From an uncultured Acidobacteriota bacterium (GTDB taxonomy: Bacteria > Acidobacteriota > Vicinamibacteria > Marinacidobacterales > DATDRI01): a stretch of DNA of 64,000 nucleotides. This document shows positions 49,477-58,609 of this stretch, piece by piece (the stretch's first letter is position 1; the number at the start of each line of letters is the position of its first letter). Below the pieces are notes generated by a model. That model was given only the letters and a program-made list of their open reading frames with translations, ran no database searches and was not told the origin of the DNA. The position numbers were made by a program, and so were the translations under genes. Where the stretch lies: the NCBI GenBank assembly GCA_963722765.1, contig CAVROO010000014.1, positions 450,976 to 514,975 of the forward strand. The letters are read 5' to 3'.

Positions 49477-50180
49477 TTACCGGCTCAGGCTCAGGCAGGG
49501 GCACGGGCTCGGCAAATCCTGATGCGGACGGCGAAAAGCCCCGGCGAAAGAGGACGCCGTCCTCAAGTTCCCTTCTGTCTTCTGCCTTCTGTATTCTGTA
49601 TTCTGTATTCTTTTTTCCCATCTCCGAGATAGTCTTTCAAGGGCGTCGTGGATGCTGCTGAAGGCCAACTCCTCCCAGGGGATTTCTTCCTTTGTGAAAC
49701 AACGAATTTCCAAGCATTCATCGGCCGCTTCGAGCTCATCGTTCAACAGAGCGGCGGCAAAGACGACGACCACGACGGGTACCCCGGGGTAAGAGTAGAC
49801 TCCAACCACCTCACGAAGCTCGACGTCGGCGTTGACCTCTTCCCTGGCTTCGCGGATGGCCGCTTCCTCGACGGTTTCTCCACGATCGACGAAGCCTCCT
49901 GGAAAGACCCACTTTCCGTACCCGGGATCGATGGCTCGACGCCCAGAACGATTTTGCCTCCGTGCTCGAAGATCGTGCAGGCCGCGACTTTCGGATCGAG
50001 AAAGAAAATGAACCGACATTTTGCACATACGAGTCGTTTCGGCTCATTGGGTTTGACTTGCTCGAGACCGAGCCCTCCTCCGCATTTTGGACAAAACCGA
50101 TATTCCTGGTCGGCTAAGCGAGGGTGTTCGATGAATCGTGTTCGCCACGGGATAACCTGCTTGATTGTTTTGACCGTCAA
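49477..50180 (-). CDS. NUDIX hydrolase with N-terminal zinc ribbon; 1 frame disruption, 3' end uncertain
   Basis: Zn ribbon 'CPKCGG...CAKC'. Nudix box '[22 protein letters not shown]'. The shift is at about 49941-49944 (GGG/CCC run). The reading frame runs on through repeat R5 to 49477, so the true stop is doubtful. Confidence 0.7.
49480..49610 (+). repeat. intergenic element R5 (CCGAGC-type arm, core, TTCTGTA-type arm)
   Basis: ccggctcaggctcaggcaggggcacgggctcgg, then CAAATCCTGATGCGGACGGCG...GCCGTCCTCAAGTTCCCTTC, then tgtcttctgccttctgtattctgtattctgtattc. Confidence 0.6.
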
Positions 50181-50218
50181 TCTACCACCCGTCTCCCGGC
50201 ACTGTCAAAGTATCGCCC

Positions 50219-50674
50219 TCAGGTCTTTTTCTTTTCGATCAACGTCTTGGTCACTTCGTGTCCGTACCGGAGGACGTCGATGATGCGCTCCTCCAATCCG
50301 ATACGTGAGGCCAGTTCGGTAAAGGAGCCCGGTGGAAGCTCGTACTCGACAACATCGATCAGTCGGGTACCGTCGCCGTTTGCTTCGAAGGTGTGGGTAT
50401 GCGCAAAGTGCTGGAAAGGGCCTTCCCGCTGAACATCGATGAAACGACGAGGTGGCGAGTAGTCCGCGATCTCGATCTTCCACTCGAAGCGCAACGGACC
50501 GAGATGGATATTGCATCCAAGGAGAGTGCCCTTGCGAAGCCTGGACGGTGGATCCGCTATTGCGATTCTCAAGTAGGCCGGTAAGATGCGAGTCAAATTG
50601 ATCGGGTCATTGTGGAACGCAAAAACCTCCTCTTGAGATGCATCGACGAGGGTGGAAGTCTTCACTTCTTTCAC
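50219..50674 (-). CDS. SRPBCC (START/cyclase-dehydrase-like) family protein
   Basis: 151 aa. 'STLVDASQEEVFAFHNDPINLTRILP...FEWKIEIADYSPPRRFIDVQREGPFQHFAHTHTFE' is typical of SRPBCC ligand-binding folds. Confidence 0.6.
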   Translation of the reverse strand: MKEVKTSTLVDASQEEVFAFHNDPINLTRILPAYLRIAIADPPSRLRKGTLLGCNIHLGPLRFEWKIEIADYSPPRRFIDVQREGPFQHFAHTHTFEANGDGTRLIDVVEYELPPGSFTELASRIGLEERIIDVLRYGHEVTKTLIEKKKT

Positions 50675-50793
50675 AGTGAACCTATGACTATGGGGCTACT
50701 CTATTCTCGAGATCAATGTGTCACCCGCCAGCGTGACCGTACTATCCTAGACGTCGGTAACATAAAGATCAAAAAATCGAAGTTCCGGTCCTA

Positions 50794-51177
50794 TTACTCG
50801 GGCTCGAGGACCCGACGAAGTCCGTCGGCGGCCTCTCGGAGTCGTGACCGGGCCGCACGGTGCCGCCGTCCTCGGAGCGGGTGCTCGAGAACGACGACCA
50901 AGAGCGCTCGAGGACAGACCTGAGACAGCATGACCGGCGACTCCTCGTCTTGCTCACCGAGGAGAGCCGCCAGAATGTCCTCGTCCGAGCCTTCCGAAGC
51001 CGGAAGCGGATGCGGGAATCGAAACTCCACGTGACCGACGGCGCCGAAGGGGGTGCCCGTTTCATCGATTAAAAATGCGGACCGCAGCGGCAGCTCTTCG
51101 GAGAGTCGGGATAGGCCTTGGCGGAGGTTTCGGAGTGTCGCCGGACGTGCCAATATCTCGTCGGAAAAAGACATCAT
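50794..51177 (-). CDS. hypothetical protein, possibly Roadblock/LC7 (MglB-like) fold
   Basis: 127 aa. 'LSRLSEELPLRSAFLIDETGTPFGAVGH' resembles the roadblock core. The assignment is weak. Confidence 0.3.
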   Translation of the reverse strand: MMSFSDEILARPATLRNLRQGLSRLSEELPLRSAFLIDETGTPFGAVGHVEFRFPHPLPASEGSDEDILAALLGEQDEESPVMLSQVCPRALLVVVLEHPLRGRRHRAARSRLREAADGLRRVLEPE

Positions 51178-51293
51178 CCTGTTTCCGTAGGAAAGTATAT
51201 CTGTAGTATGTTATTAAGTTTACCGGTCATTTACCTTCAAGCCCGCTCGTGGTAGGATGGCCGTAACGCCACGGTGGCGCCGAGGAGTAACAC

Positions 51294-51491
51294 ATGCTTT
51301 TTCCGCTTTTCATCGGTACGCTGGGATTGCCCGAATTACTGATTATTCTCTTCATTTTGTTTCTCATCTTCGGGGCGAGCAAGCTGCCTCAGCTTGGAGC
51401 CGGTCTGGGCGAAGGCATCAAGAACTTCAAGCGTTCCATCAAGGGTGGCGATGAGCTCCCTCCGAAGAGCACAGACGACAAAGACGAGTAG
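51294..51491 (+). CDS. tatA: twin-arginine translocase TatA/E family subunit
   Basis: 65 aa. '[41 protein letters not shown]' is the canonical TatA TM plus amphipathic helix. Confidence 0.9.
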   Translation: MLFPLFIGTLGLPELLIILFILFLIFGASKLPQLGAGLGEGIKNFKRSIKGGDELPPKSTDDKDE

Positions 51492-51496
51492 CTCGA

Positions 51497-51997
51497 TTAT
51501 TTTGCGACATCCGAAATGATGAGGGTGTTGGTGCGTTCGTCGAACAAGACCTCGCCGCGCGAAGATAAATACTTGCGTATGAGAGGAGCGATCTCCTTTG
51601 CTCGCGCGTAAGCCAAACGGTGATAGGAAGTTCGGCGCGGCGCCGAGAGCTCTCTTTGCTCTTTGTACTTGCGCCTTTCCTCGAGATCTCGGCGAAGCTG
51701 CTCGAGAGGTGCCACCCGAATCAAGTTCTCTCCTAACCGTTCCTGCCCTAAACGACAGGCTCGAAGGGCGGTATCGAGTACCTCGGTCCAGGTGACCGAT
51801 TTCAGGGTGAGCGTCAACTTGCACTCGACTTCCGAATCCGCCACCAAATTGAATTGGCCGACGTCGGCGAGGAGGCGCAGAATGTCGGTCACGTCTGCGT
51901 CCTTCAAGTCGATTTCGATGCGGGTCTCTTCCGATTTCTGGGTAGATTGGATTGCCGCAGTGGTCAGGAATCCTAATAACAGAACCGCTCGAATCAA
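51497..51997 (-). CDS. stand-alone PilQ/secretin N-terminal (N0-N1-like) domain protein
   Basis: TTG 51997 overlaps the MBL stop (TTGA). Signal LIRAVLLLGFLTTAAIQS. 'IEIDLKDADVTDILRLLADVGQFNLVADSEV..KLTLTLKSVTWTEVLDTAL' and 'YHRLAYARAKEIAPLIRKYLSSRGEVLFDERTNTLIISD' match secretin N-domains. No C-terminal secretin domain follows. Confidence 0.5.
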   Translation of the reverse strand: MIRAVLLLGFLTTAAIQSTQKSEETRIEIDLKDADVTDILRLLADVGQFNLVADSEVECKLTLTLKSVTWTEVLDTALRACRLGQERLGENLIRVAPLEQLRRDLEERRKYKEQRELSAPRRTSYHRLAYARAKEIAPLIRKYLSSRGEVLFDERTNTLIISDVAK

Positions 51998-52725
51998 AGG
52001 TGCACCACCTGCCCGTCCTCGGCCAGCTCGAAGGCCAACTCGTCGCGCCGACTCAGAACATCTTCTCCCGCGTGCAACAAGATGGTTCGATTCGCTCGAA
52101 TACGGTCGCGGTGGCCGAGTAGCTCGGTGTGGGACATGTGAAACTCCACCTCGGCGTCGAAGGTCGAGCATTCGCAAATGAACAGGTCCGCTCCTGCGGA
52201 GTGGTGGGCCAATTCGTCCGTCCACTCGGTATCCCCGGAGTAAACGACGATTTTGCCGTCCAGCACTAGACGGAATCCATAAGCGACGGAGTCTGGGAAA
52301 TGTCGGACCCGAAACGGCGTGACTTCGGCGGGACCGAGGAGAGTTGTCTCGGTGGGCAGTTCCCGAAAGGCCACTTTATAGGGTCGCGGCTTGGCATCGA
52401 GGCCTGGAAAGAGCAACGCCGCGAGTCGTGTCACAACGTCCTCCGTGCCGGGCGGTCCCGCAAGGGTAAGGGGACCGCGATTCGGGCTTCTGTACTGATA
52501 CTCCAGCAGGAGGAACGGGACGCCGCAGATGTGGTCACCGTGGTGGTGGCTGATGAGTACGGCGTCTACCGAATTCGGCGAAATACCCGAGTGTTTCATG
52601 TTGGGCAAGATGGAAGCACCGCAATCGAGGAGAAATCCAAAATTATCCCCGCGAACGAAAATGGATGCGGCATGTCGTCCCCCACTCCCAAAGGCATCTC
52701 CCGTCCCCAAGAATGTTACTTGCAT
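51994..52725 (-). CDS. MBL-fold metallo-hydrolase
   Basis: 'VTFLGTGDAFGSGGR' and 'VLISHHHGDHICG' (the HxHxDH motif). Confidence 0.85.
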   Translation of the reverse strand: MQVTFLGTGDAFGSGGRHAASIFVRGDNFGFLLDCGASILPNMKHSGISPNSVDAVLISHHHGDHICGVPFLLLEYQYRSPNRGPLTLAGPPGTEDVVTRLAALLFPGLDAKPRPYKVAFRELPTETTLLGPAEVTPFRVRHFPDSVAYGFRLVLDGKIVVYSGDTEWTDELAHHSAGADLFICECSTFDAEVEFHMSHTELLGHRDRIRANRTILLHAGEDVLSRRDELAFELAEDGQVVHL

Positions 52726-52737
52726 CTCTTCCTCTTA

Positions 52738-52819
52738 CCCCTGCCCGAGCCCGAGCCCGCTTGCCCGCCGTAGCCTTGCGTGAAGGCGGAAGCCAGGCAA
52801 AGGCGGGTGCCCGAGCCCG
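52738..52819. repeat. intergenic element R6 (CCCGAGC arms around the CCGCCGTAGCCTTG...GGAAGCC segment)
   Basis: cccctgcccgagcccgagcccg, then cttgCCCGCCGTAGCCTTGCGTGAAGGCGGAAGCCaggcaaaggcgggtg, then cccgagcccg. It shares the inner segment of R1. Confidence 0.55.
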
Positions 52820-52825
52820 ATATAG

Positions 52826-54235
52826 TCAACGTTTAAAAAGCAGAATCCCATCCGCCGTCTCGCGCTCTCCGAGGGGGTCCGAAGGTCGATTGACGGTGGC
52901 ATCCCCTACGAACATAGTGGTCGAACCGCCCCCATCCAGATTGATCGCGGAAACAGCGCCCAACTCGATAAAGAGGTCCGACAACTCTCGGAGTGACATG
53001 CCCACGCTCCTTTCCGGTTGACGTCCATCTACGGTGACGAACAGCATGGTCCCATCGTCTCGTACTCCGATAGCCGTGCGAGGGTGTCGTGAAAGAAAAA
53101 AAACACGGGAGATGTGCTCGTCTTCCGGGTTTTCGACTCGCTGCCCGCCCCGAAGGAGAAGAGGTCCACCCCCGAGGATGAATCGTGTCCTATCCCACTC
53201 GTCGTCCGAGTCCGGGAACAGTGAGACGAGATTCAAAACCGCTTCGACCTTTCCATCCATCTCGAATCGATGCAGGTGCTCTTGGGCCGGGCCGATTCCG
53301 AGAGAAATGACGAATCCCGTGCGGGGAATGGCGGAGCTTCCCTTTTGTGCCTTTATTGCAATGATCCGATTGTCCCGCACGACGACCTCCGCTCCGTCGG
53401 GATGGGTCAATGTCGTACGGTGGAACTCTGGAGTATAGAGGATGATCTCGTCTCGCCCCCGCCGGCGATTGACTCCGGAAAGCCCGATCGGTTCGTCGTT
53501 TCCCACCTCGATGTGGCCGCGAAGCTCGAGTCGTCCGAGAACCATGTGCGTCTCGCCGTTGCGGTCATAGAAGCCGGCGGCGGCGCGACCGCGGTCCGGC
53601 TCGGAAAGTAGGGCCCCATTGATTTGAAGGACTCCGGCGGAGTCGCCGCGGAGAATCCCTTGGCGTAGGAAGTATCCGCCGTTGACCGCAGCCAAAGCTC
53701 CACGGCGGCGCGCCAAGCTGCTCATCGTTTCGAGCCCGATCGCGGCGTCGTATGCGTGAGCGACCTCGACACGAATCGAGGCGGGATCCGCTTCGAGTAC
53801 GTGAATCACCCAGGGACCGTCCGGATTCGTAATGTCGTGTCCGTATTCCTGGATGGAGAGCTGAGATGAAATGTCGGCGCTCGATATGAGCTCGATCGTC
53901 TTTTCCGCCGCGTCACGGTCGGGCAGTCCGTTGACACTCAAAACATAACGGTTGCCTCGGTAGTAGGGTGTTGCGGGAATCCGGGCCGTTTCGAGTTGCT
54001 CGAGCGTCTCGTCCGCACTGCGCTGAGAATCGAAGGCGCCGATGGTAACCCGGTAGGATTTCGCTGTGGACACCGTACCTCGGAGGATCGTGATGTGGTC
54101 GAGTCCTTGCGCAAGCTGTTGCTTTTCGATTTCGGCGCGGACAGTAAAGACGGACGCAGTCAGAGCGGCGGTGAACGCCGCGGTAAAAACCGCAGTGAAC
54201 GCTGCCAGGAACAGATATCTGCCGGATGATTTCAT
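52826..54235 (-). CDS. phosphodiester glycosidase (NAGPA/DUF2233) family protein with SPOR-like domain
   Basis: A signal/anchor is followed by the SPOR-like segment 'YRVTIGAFDSQRSADETLEQLE' and the C-terminal 'AINLDGGGSTTMFV' hallmark. Confidence 0.75.
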   Translation of the reverse strand: MKSSGRYLFLAAFTAVFTAAFTAALTASVFTVRAEIEKQQLAQGLDHITILRGTVSTAKSYRVTIGAFDSQRSADETLEQLETARIPATPYYRGNRYVLSVNGLPDRDAAEKTIELISSADISSQLSIQEYGHDITNPDGPWVIHVLEADPASIRVEVAHAYDAAIGLETMSSLARRRGALAAVNGGYFLRQGILRGDSAGVLQINGALLSEPDRGRAAAGFYDRNGETHMVLGRLELRGHIEVGNDEPIGLSGVNRRRGRDEIILYTPEFHRTTLTHPDGAEVVVRDNRIIAIKAQKGSSAIPRTGFVISLGIGPAQEHLHRFEMDGKVEAVLNLVSLFPDSDDEWDRTRFILGGGPLLLRGGQRVENPEDEHISRVFFLSRHPRTAIGVRDDGTMLFVTVDGRQPERSVGMSLRELSDLFIELGAVSAINLDGGGSTTMFVGDATVNRPSDPLGERETADGILLFKR

Positions 54236-54279
54236 GGCTCGAAGACGAGCTTACAATAAGAAGGAGAAATGGGAAAGGT

Positions 54280-55170
54280 TCAAGGAATTTTCGTCTGCGG
54301 TGGGAGCGCTTCGTTGAGGCTCCCCGTGCGATAACCTTCGAGGTCCACCGTCACGTAGGTATAGCCGAGATCTTTGAAAGTCTTGACGAGGCGGGGGAGT
54401 GTTTCGGGTTGGAACGCTCGAGAGATTTCTTCCGGAGCGAACTCGAGCCGCGCCACCTCGTTGTGATGGCGGACTCTAAAATGGAGGAATCCCATTTCCC
54501 GAAGCGCCTCCTCTCCCGTTTCCACGGTTTGGAGTTTTTCCACGGTGATGGGTACAAGATAAGGGATGCGGGACGACAGACAGGCCGAAGCCGGTTCTTC
54601 GGCAGTGGGCAACCCGGCGATACGGGACAGGTGGCGAATTTCGTCTTTCGTGAGCTCGGCTTCATCGAGGGGGCTCCTCACACCGAGCTCCTTGGCGGCT
54701 TTTCGGCCCGGTCGATAGTCACCCCGATCGTCCGCGTTAGAGCCGTCTACAACGTGGCTAATGTCGCGCTCGTCTGCGACGCTCCGCAGGCGGACGAAGA
54801 GCTCGTTCTTGCAGTGGTAGCAACGGTTGGCATCATTGGTGCGATAAGCGGCGCTCTCCATTTCGCTCGTCGGCACGGAAATATGGGGAATGCCAAAGTC
54901 CGAAACGATACGTCCTGCCAATCGTCGTTGATAGTCGGGGTAGCTCGGGCTTTCACCGGTGACGGCCAATGCTTGATCTCCCAGAACTCGATGAGCTTCG
55001 AAGGCGAGGAAGGCGCTATCGACACCACCGCTGAAGGCTACCAGGACGGATTTCATTTCTTCCAAAATAGAATCGAGACGAGCCCGTTTTTGTTCCGCTT
55101 GCGAGCCGAGCTCTCCCTTCGTATCGGCGGCGTCACGAGCTCCGAGGTTTTCGCTCAAGCTTCCCCCCAT
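54280..55170 (-). CDS. PP-loop ATP pyrophosphatase, LarE/TIGR00268-like
   Basis: 'VLVAFSGGVDSAFLA' (SGGxDS PP-loop) and 'NRCYHCKNELF'. ATG 55170 overlaps the LysW-like gene by 16 nt. Confidence 0.75.
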   Translation of the reverse strand: MGGSLSENLGARDAADTKGELGSQAEQKRARLDSILEEMKSVLVAFSGGVDSAFLAFEAHRVLGDQALAVTGESPSYPDYQRRLAGRIVSDFGIPHISVPTSEMESAAYRTNDANRCYHCKNELFVRLRSVADERDISHVVDGSNADDRGDYRPGRKAAKELGVRSPLDEAELTKDEIRHLSRIAGLPTAEEPASACLSSRIPYLVPITVEKLQTVETGEEALREMGFLHFRVRHHNEVARLEFAPEEISRAFQPETLPRLVKTFKDLGYTYVTVDLEGYRTGSLNEALPPQTKIP

Positions 55171-55328
55171 TCCGCTTCGTCACCTGTTACCAGCTCCAAC
55201 TCGATGGGAGCTATGCTCAAAACGAGCAGGTCGGCGCCGCACTCCGGACAGCCGATCATCTCGCCTTGGTCGACATCCAGATCGTCGAGCTCGATTTCCA
55301 ACTCGCACGCGGGACAAATCGGTAACAT
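55155..55328 (-). CDS. LysW-like zinc-ribbon amino-group carrier protein homologue
   Basis: 57 aa: MLPICPACELEIELDDLDVDQGEMIGCPECGADLLVLSIAPIELELVTGDEAEWGEA. It parallels Thermus LysW (CPxC..G(E)..C..CG..L.V...P..LE...E.EDWGE). Confidence 0.65.
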   Translation of the reverse strand: MLPICPACELEIELDDLDVDQGEMIGCPECGADLLVLSIAPIELELVTGDEAEWGEA

Positions 55329-55520
55329 AATAGCCTCTTTAGGGAATAGATAATCGTGTAGCGGGAAGGGGGCACTTCTATTACATATCAGGTCCAATAT
55401 AAATGTTGATGTGCTCTTACCCGCTATCAATAACGCTGCCGGATTATAACGCTGGCCGGGAACCGGGGCAAGCTTGCCCAAAAGCGCTCCACAACATAAA
55501 ATCATTACTTCACCGCGGCA

Positions 55521-55943
55521 TTGCGGAAAGGGGATGAAGCTGTGAGCGAGTCCAACGAAGCAGCCCGAGCAGTGGTAGATGCGGCCCAACGCATCGCGGC
55601 GGCCTTTGACAGCCATGATGTGGAGAGTCTTTATGCGGCCCACTATCAAGGTCCGGAGACCACTCTGATCGCTCAAGGCGGGGAACGTGTCATTGGCTGG
55701 GCATTGGTTCAGGACGAGCTCGAAAAGCGAGTCAATGAGTTCGAGGTGATCCGCACGAAAATTGACAAACCCGAAGTGATTCTCTTCGGGAATCTAGCCG
55801 TGTTGACCTATGAGCAACATACCAACAGCCGGCTTCACGATATCGATTTCACGTGGGTGGGGTGGGTCACCGATATGTACATCCAAGTCGAAGGTCGGTG
55901 GCTGAGAATTCATCACCAAGCATCCGACCGCAAAAAATCCTAA
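55521..55943 (+). CDS. NTF2-like (SnoaL/DUF4440) family protein
   Basis: About 135 aa. 'AAFDSHDVESLYAAHY...LAVLTYEQHT...WVGWVTDMYIQVEGRWLRIHHQAS' is a typical cone-fold pattern. The start is uncertain. Confidence 0.55.
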   Translation: MRKGDEAVSESNEAARAVVDAAQRIAAAFDSHDVESLYAAHYQGPETTLIAQGGERVIGWALVQDELEKRVNEFEVIRTKIDKPEVILFGNLAVLTYEQHTNSRLHDIDFTWVGWVTDMYIQVEGRWLRIHHQASDRKKS

Positions 55944-55948
55944 CGATT

Positions 55949-56023
55949 AAATCCTGAAGTTGACGGCGGAGCCGTCTTCCGGTTCCATTCTGAGTTCTTG
56001 AGTTCTCGAGTCCTTGAGTTCTC
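55949..56023 (+). repeat. intergenic element R4 (core then GAGTTCT arm)
   Basis: AAATCCTGAAGTTGACGGCGGAGCCGTCTTCCGGTTCCATTC, then TGAGTTCTTGAGTTCTCGAGTCCTTGAGTTCTC. Confidence 0.6.
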
Positions 56024-56033
56024 TAATCCGCAA

Positions 56034-58589
56034 TCAGGGCGTCAGCACCAGCTTGCCTTCCAAGCTTGCCTCGATGCGTCCCCTGTCGAAGAGCATGGGG
56101 TGAGCCTGGCCCTTTAGCCAATCTTGATTTTGGTCGAAGAAGTGGGAGCTCAGCGGATGGCCTGACGCGCCGGTAGGCAAGACGGCCATACTCTCGTCCG
56201 GGCGGTTCAAGTCCACGACCATCCGGAATGATGTGCCCGCAACGGTCTTGAAAGGTTCGGCGAGCGAGACGCGGGCATTGGCGATGGTGAAGCCCGAGCC
56301 TCCGAAGGGGGCGGGACCTCGATTGAACACCCAGTTGAGTGGTGTTTGTTTCCCGAGCGGGTGCTCGAACTCGACGCCGTGCAGTTGCGCCCAATCCCAG
56401 GCTTCCGGATCTGCCCCTTGAAGCTCGGTCAGCATCGCCACAGCCTCGTTCAAGCTCCTTGCGAATATTGTGTTACGGTCTTCGACGGCCGGCGTCGAGC
56501 GGTCGTCCCACCAGGCGGAACTGGGATCATCGATGACACTATAGAGACCACCCGGGAAACCCAATTCCAAAAACTCGAGTAGTTCTAGATAAAGCTCTTC
56601 TCCCAATTCGTCTTGAAACGTATTCTCGATGAGCTTGATGTAGCACGCCTGGTAGAGGGCCGGAGCACCTCCGTCGCTCATCTGACCGTTCCAGGTTCGC
56701 AAGAGGTCGTGAGCCTGTGCGACCTCCGCCTCTCCCGGGTTGATGGACATCAGATGGCGAAGAACCGGTTCGGTCGATCGGTCGTATCGATCGTTTTGGA
56801 TCTGAAGAAGGTCGATGACTCGAACCTGTCCCGCCGTCGCCAAGAGGGTGTTGATTCGTTCGGCTCGAAACGGAGCGAGTTGGTCCCGTCCCAGGGGATA
56901 CTCGGCGTCGTCCGCAACGACCTTATGGTTCGCACTGACGATGAATCCCTCCTCGGGGTTGAAGTAAAAGGGCTTTGCCTCGTGGGGGATGTAGTTTTGC
57001 CATTCAAATGCTCCCGTTGCACCGTCGGTGGGAACGGAGCCGTCGAATCCGATACGGACGGGTATATCTCCGGAAGGGAACCAACCGATATTGCCATCGA
57101 CATCCGCGTAAACAAAGGCCAGAGGGACATTGCCGAGGGATCGCAGTGCCTCTGAGAACTCGAACCAATTGTTGGCCTGATTGAGACGCAAAAAGGCGAG
57201 CGCGTTATCTCCGTTCCACAGGCCGTCCCACCGAAGAGCCAGCACTTTCCCCTCACGGGGTTCATCGGAAACCACGACGCCATGGTGGGTTCGAAGAACC
57301 TCCACCGTCACCGGATCTCCCCCGGCAACTGTAATGTTCTCGTTGAAGGTTTCGAATTCCATCCATTGCTCGCCGGAGGCGTACTGCCGAGAGTTTTCCG
57401 GGTTGAGGAATTCCACGTAATGATCTTGAACATCCGCGAAGGATGCCGTGATTCCCCAAGCGATCCGCTCGTTGTGGCCAATGAGAACGTAAGGGATACC
57501 GGGCAGCGTGGCTCCCGTTACATTGAGTCCTCCGCCTACAAGATGGATCTCGTACCAGAGCGATGGAATAGGAAGCGGAAGGTGAGGGTCGGAAGCAAGA
57601 AGCGGTCCCCCCGTTGCCGACCGGGTACCCGAAACGACCCAAGCATTGCTGGCGCCGCGGCTCGTTTTGAAGTGATTGAGGGCGGTGCGAGAAGGGAGAT
57701 GCTTCGGAATGAGAGCCGCCTCTTCGGTCGGCGGAGGCTCGAGTCCGGTTAGCGCGTAAGCGGCATCGACTCCGATCTTGTCGGAAAGATGAGCGCGAAG
57801 GATCTCGACCGAACCGTTATAGGAAAGAATATGGGACATCCATTTGCCGATGGCCAGGCTATCGGAGGCCTGCCATGGTTCTGGGACGAGCTCGAGAATT
57901 TGGAACTCGGGAGGGAGGTGATCGAGATGTGTTTCCCGGTAAGTGTTGACACCCTCTGCGTAGAGCTCCAGCAGGCCGCGGACGAAGGGATCCATGGATC
58001 CGAGCTCAACCTGTGCCGCGTGGTGGAGTCCGAGGAGCCGAACCTCACGGTCCATCGGCACGAGCTCAGCTCCGAAGAGGTCTGCCATCCGGCCGGTTCC
58101 AAGTCTTCTAATGAGCTCCATCTGGAAATAGCGATCCTGAGCATGGACGAAGCCGGTGGCGCGAGCCAGGTCCTCGAGGCTCGAGGCGTAGATGTGTGGG
58201 ACCCCGTTTGGGTCGCGCAGCACTTCCACCGGTGCGGCGAGTCCCGGCAGGCGAAGCTCGCCCTCGGTCTGAGGTAAGGATGCACTACCCCGATAGTAGA
58301 TGTACCCACCTGCGGCGGATGCAAGCAAGACAATAGCGAGGAGAAACAGGGAGAACCAAGGTTTCCCCTTGGACTTGGTGCGGGGCGGACGGCGTGGTGG
58401 CCCTCCCCCTCTTCCGTCCCCGACCGGCAGGTCGAGGCGACGATTTGGCTCCCGGGCGAGGAGCGGTTGGCTTCCGGCCCGGAATCGTCGGCCGTTTCCC
58501 CGGCGTCGGAGTTTTCCTTCCTGGTGGGCGGGGCAGGGGCGGACGAGGTCCGCCCAGTAACGGCTCACGACGGTCAATGGCCATGTCAC
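56034..58589 (-). CDS. penicillin acylase family (S45) Ntn hydrolase, membrane-anchored
   Basis: An intact ORF of about 850 aa with a TM segment 'WFSLFLLAIVLLASAAGGYIY'. The processing/nucleophile site is 'RGASNAWVVSG'. The Arg/Pro-rich N-terminus makes the exact start uncertain. Confidence 0.85.
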   Translation of the reverse strand: MTWPLTVVSRYWADLVRPCPAHQEGKLRRRGNGRRFRAGSQPLLAREPNRRLDLPVGDGRGGGPPRRPPRTKSKGKPWFSLFLLAIVLLASAAGGYIYYRGSASLPQTEGELRLPGLAAPVEVLRDPNGVPHIYASSLEDLARATGFVHAQDRYFQMELIRRLGTGRMADLFGAELVPMDREVRLLGLHHAAQVELGSMDPFVRGLLELYAEGVNTYRETHLDHLPPEFQILELVPEPWQASDSLAIGKWMSHILSYNGSVEILRAHLSDKIGVDAAYALTGLEPPPTEEAALIPKHLPSRTALNHFKTSRGASNAWVVSGTRSATGGPLLASDPHLPLPIPSLWYEIHLVGGGLNVTGATLPGIPYVLIGHNERIAWGITASFADVQDHYVEFLNPENSRQYASGEQWMEFETFNENITVAGGDPVTVEVLRTHHGVVVSDEPREGKVLALRWDGLWNGDNALAFLRLNQANNWFEFSEALRSLGNVPLAFVYADVDGNIGWFPSGDIPVRIGFDGSVPTDGATGAFEWQNYIPHEAKPFYFNPEEGFIVSANHKVVADDAEYPLGRDQLAPFRAERINTLLATAGQVRVIDLLQIQNDRYDRSTEPVLRHLMSINPGEAEVAQAHDLLRTWNGQMSDGGAPALYQACYIKLIENTFQDELGEELYLELLEFLELGFPGGLYSVIDDPSSAWWDDRSTPAVEDRNTIFARSLNEAVAMLTELQGADPEAWDWAQLHGVEFEHPLGKQTPLNWVFNRGPAPFGGSGFTIANARVSLAEPFKTVAGTSFRMVVDLNRPDESMAVLPTGASGHPLSSHFFDQNQDWLKGQAHPMLFDRGRIEASLEGKLVLTP

Positions 58590-58609
58590 TCACGGATTGG
58601 TTCTCCCGG

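Noticed and set aside
56021-56036. CTCTAATCCGCAAT after repeat R4 resembles the MITE left TIR (CTCTAATCCGACAAT).
   Set aside because: The similarity covers only about 13 nt, there is no further MITE sequence, and it overlaps the penicillin acylase stop region. It is too short to support.
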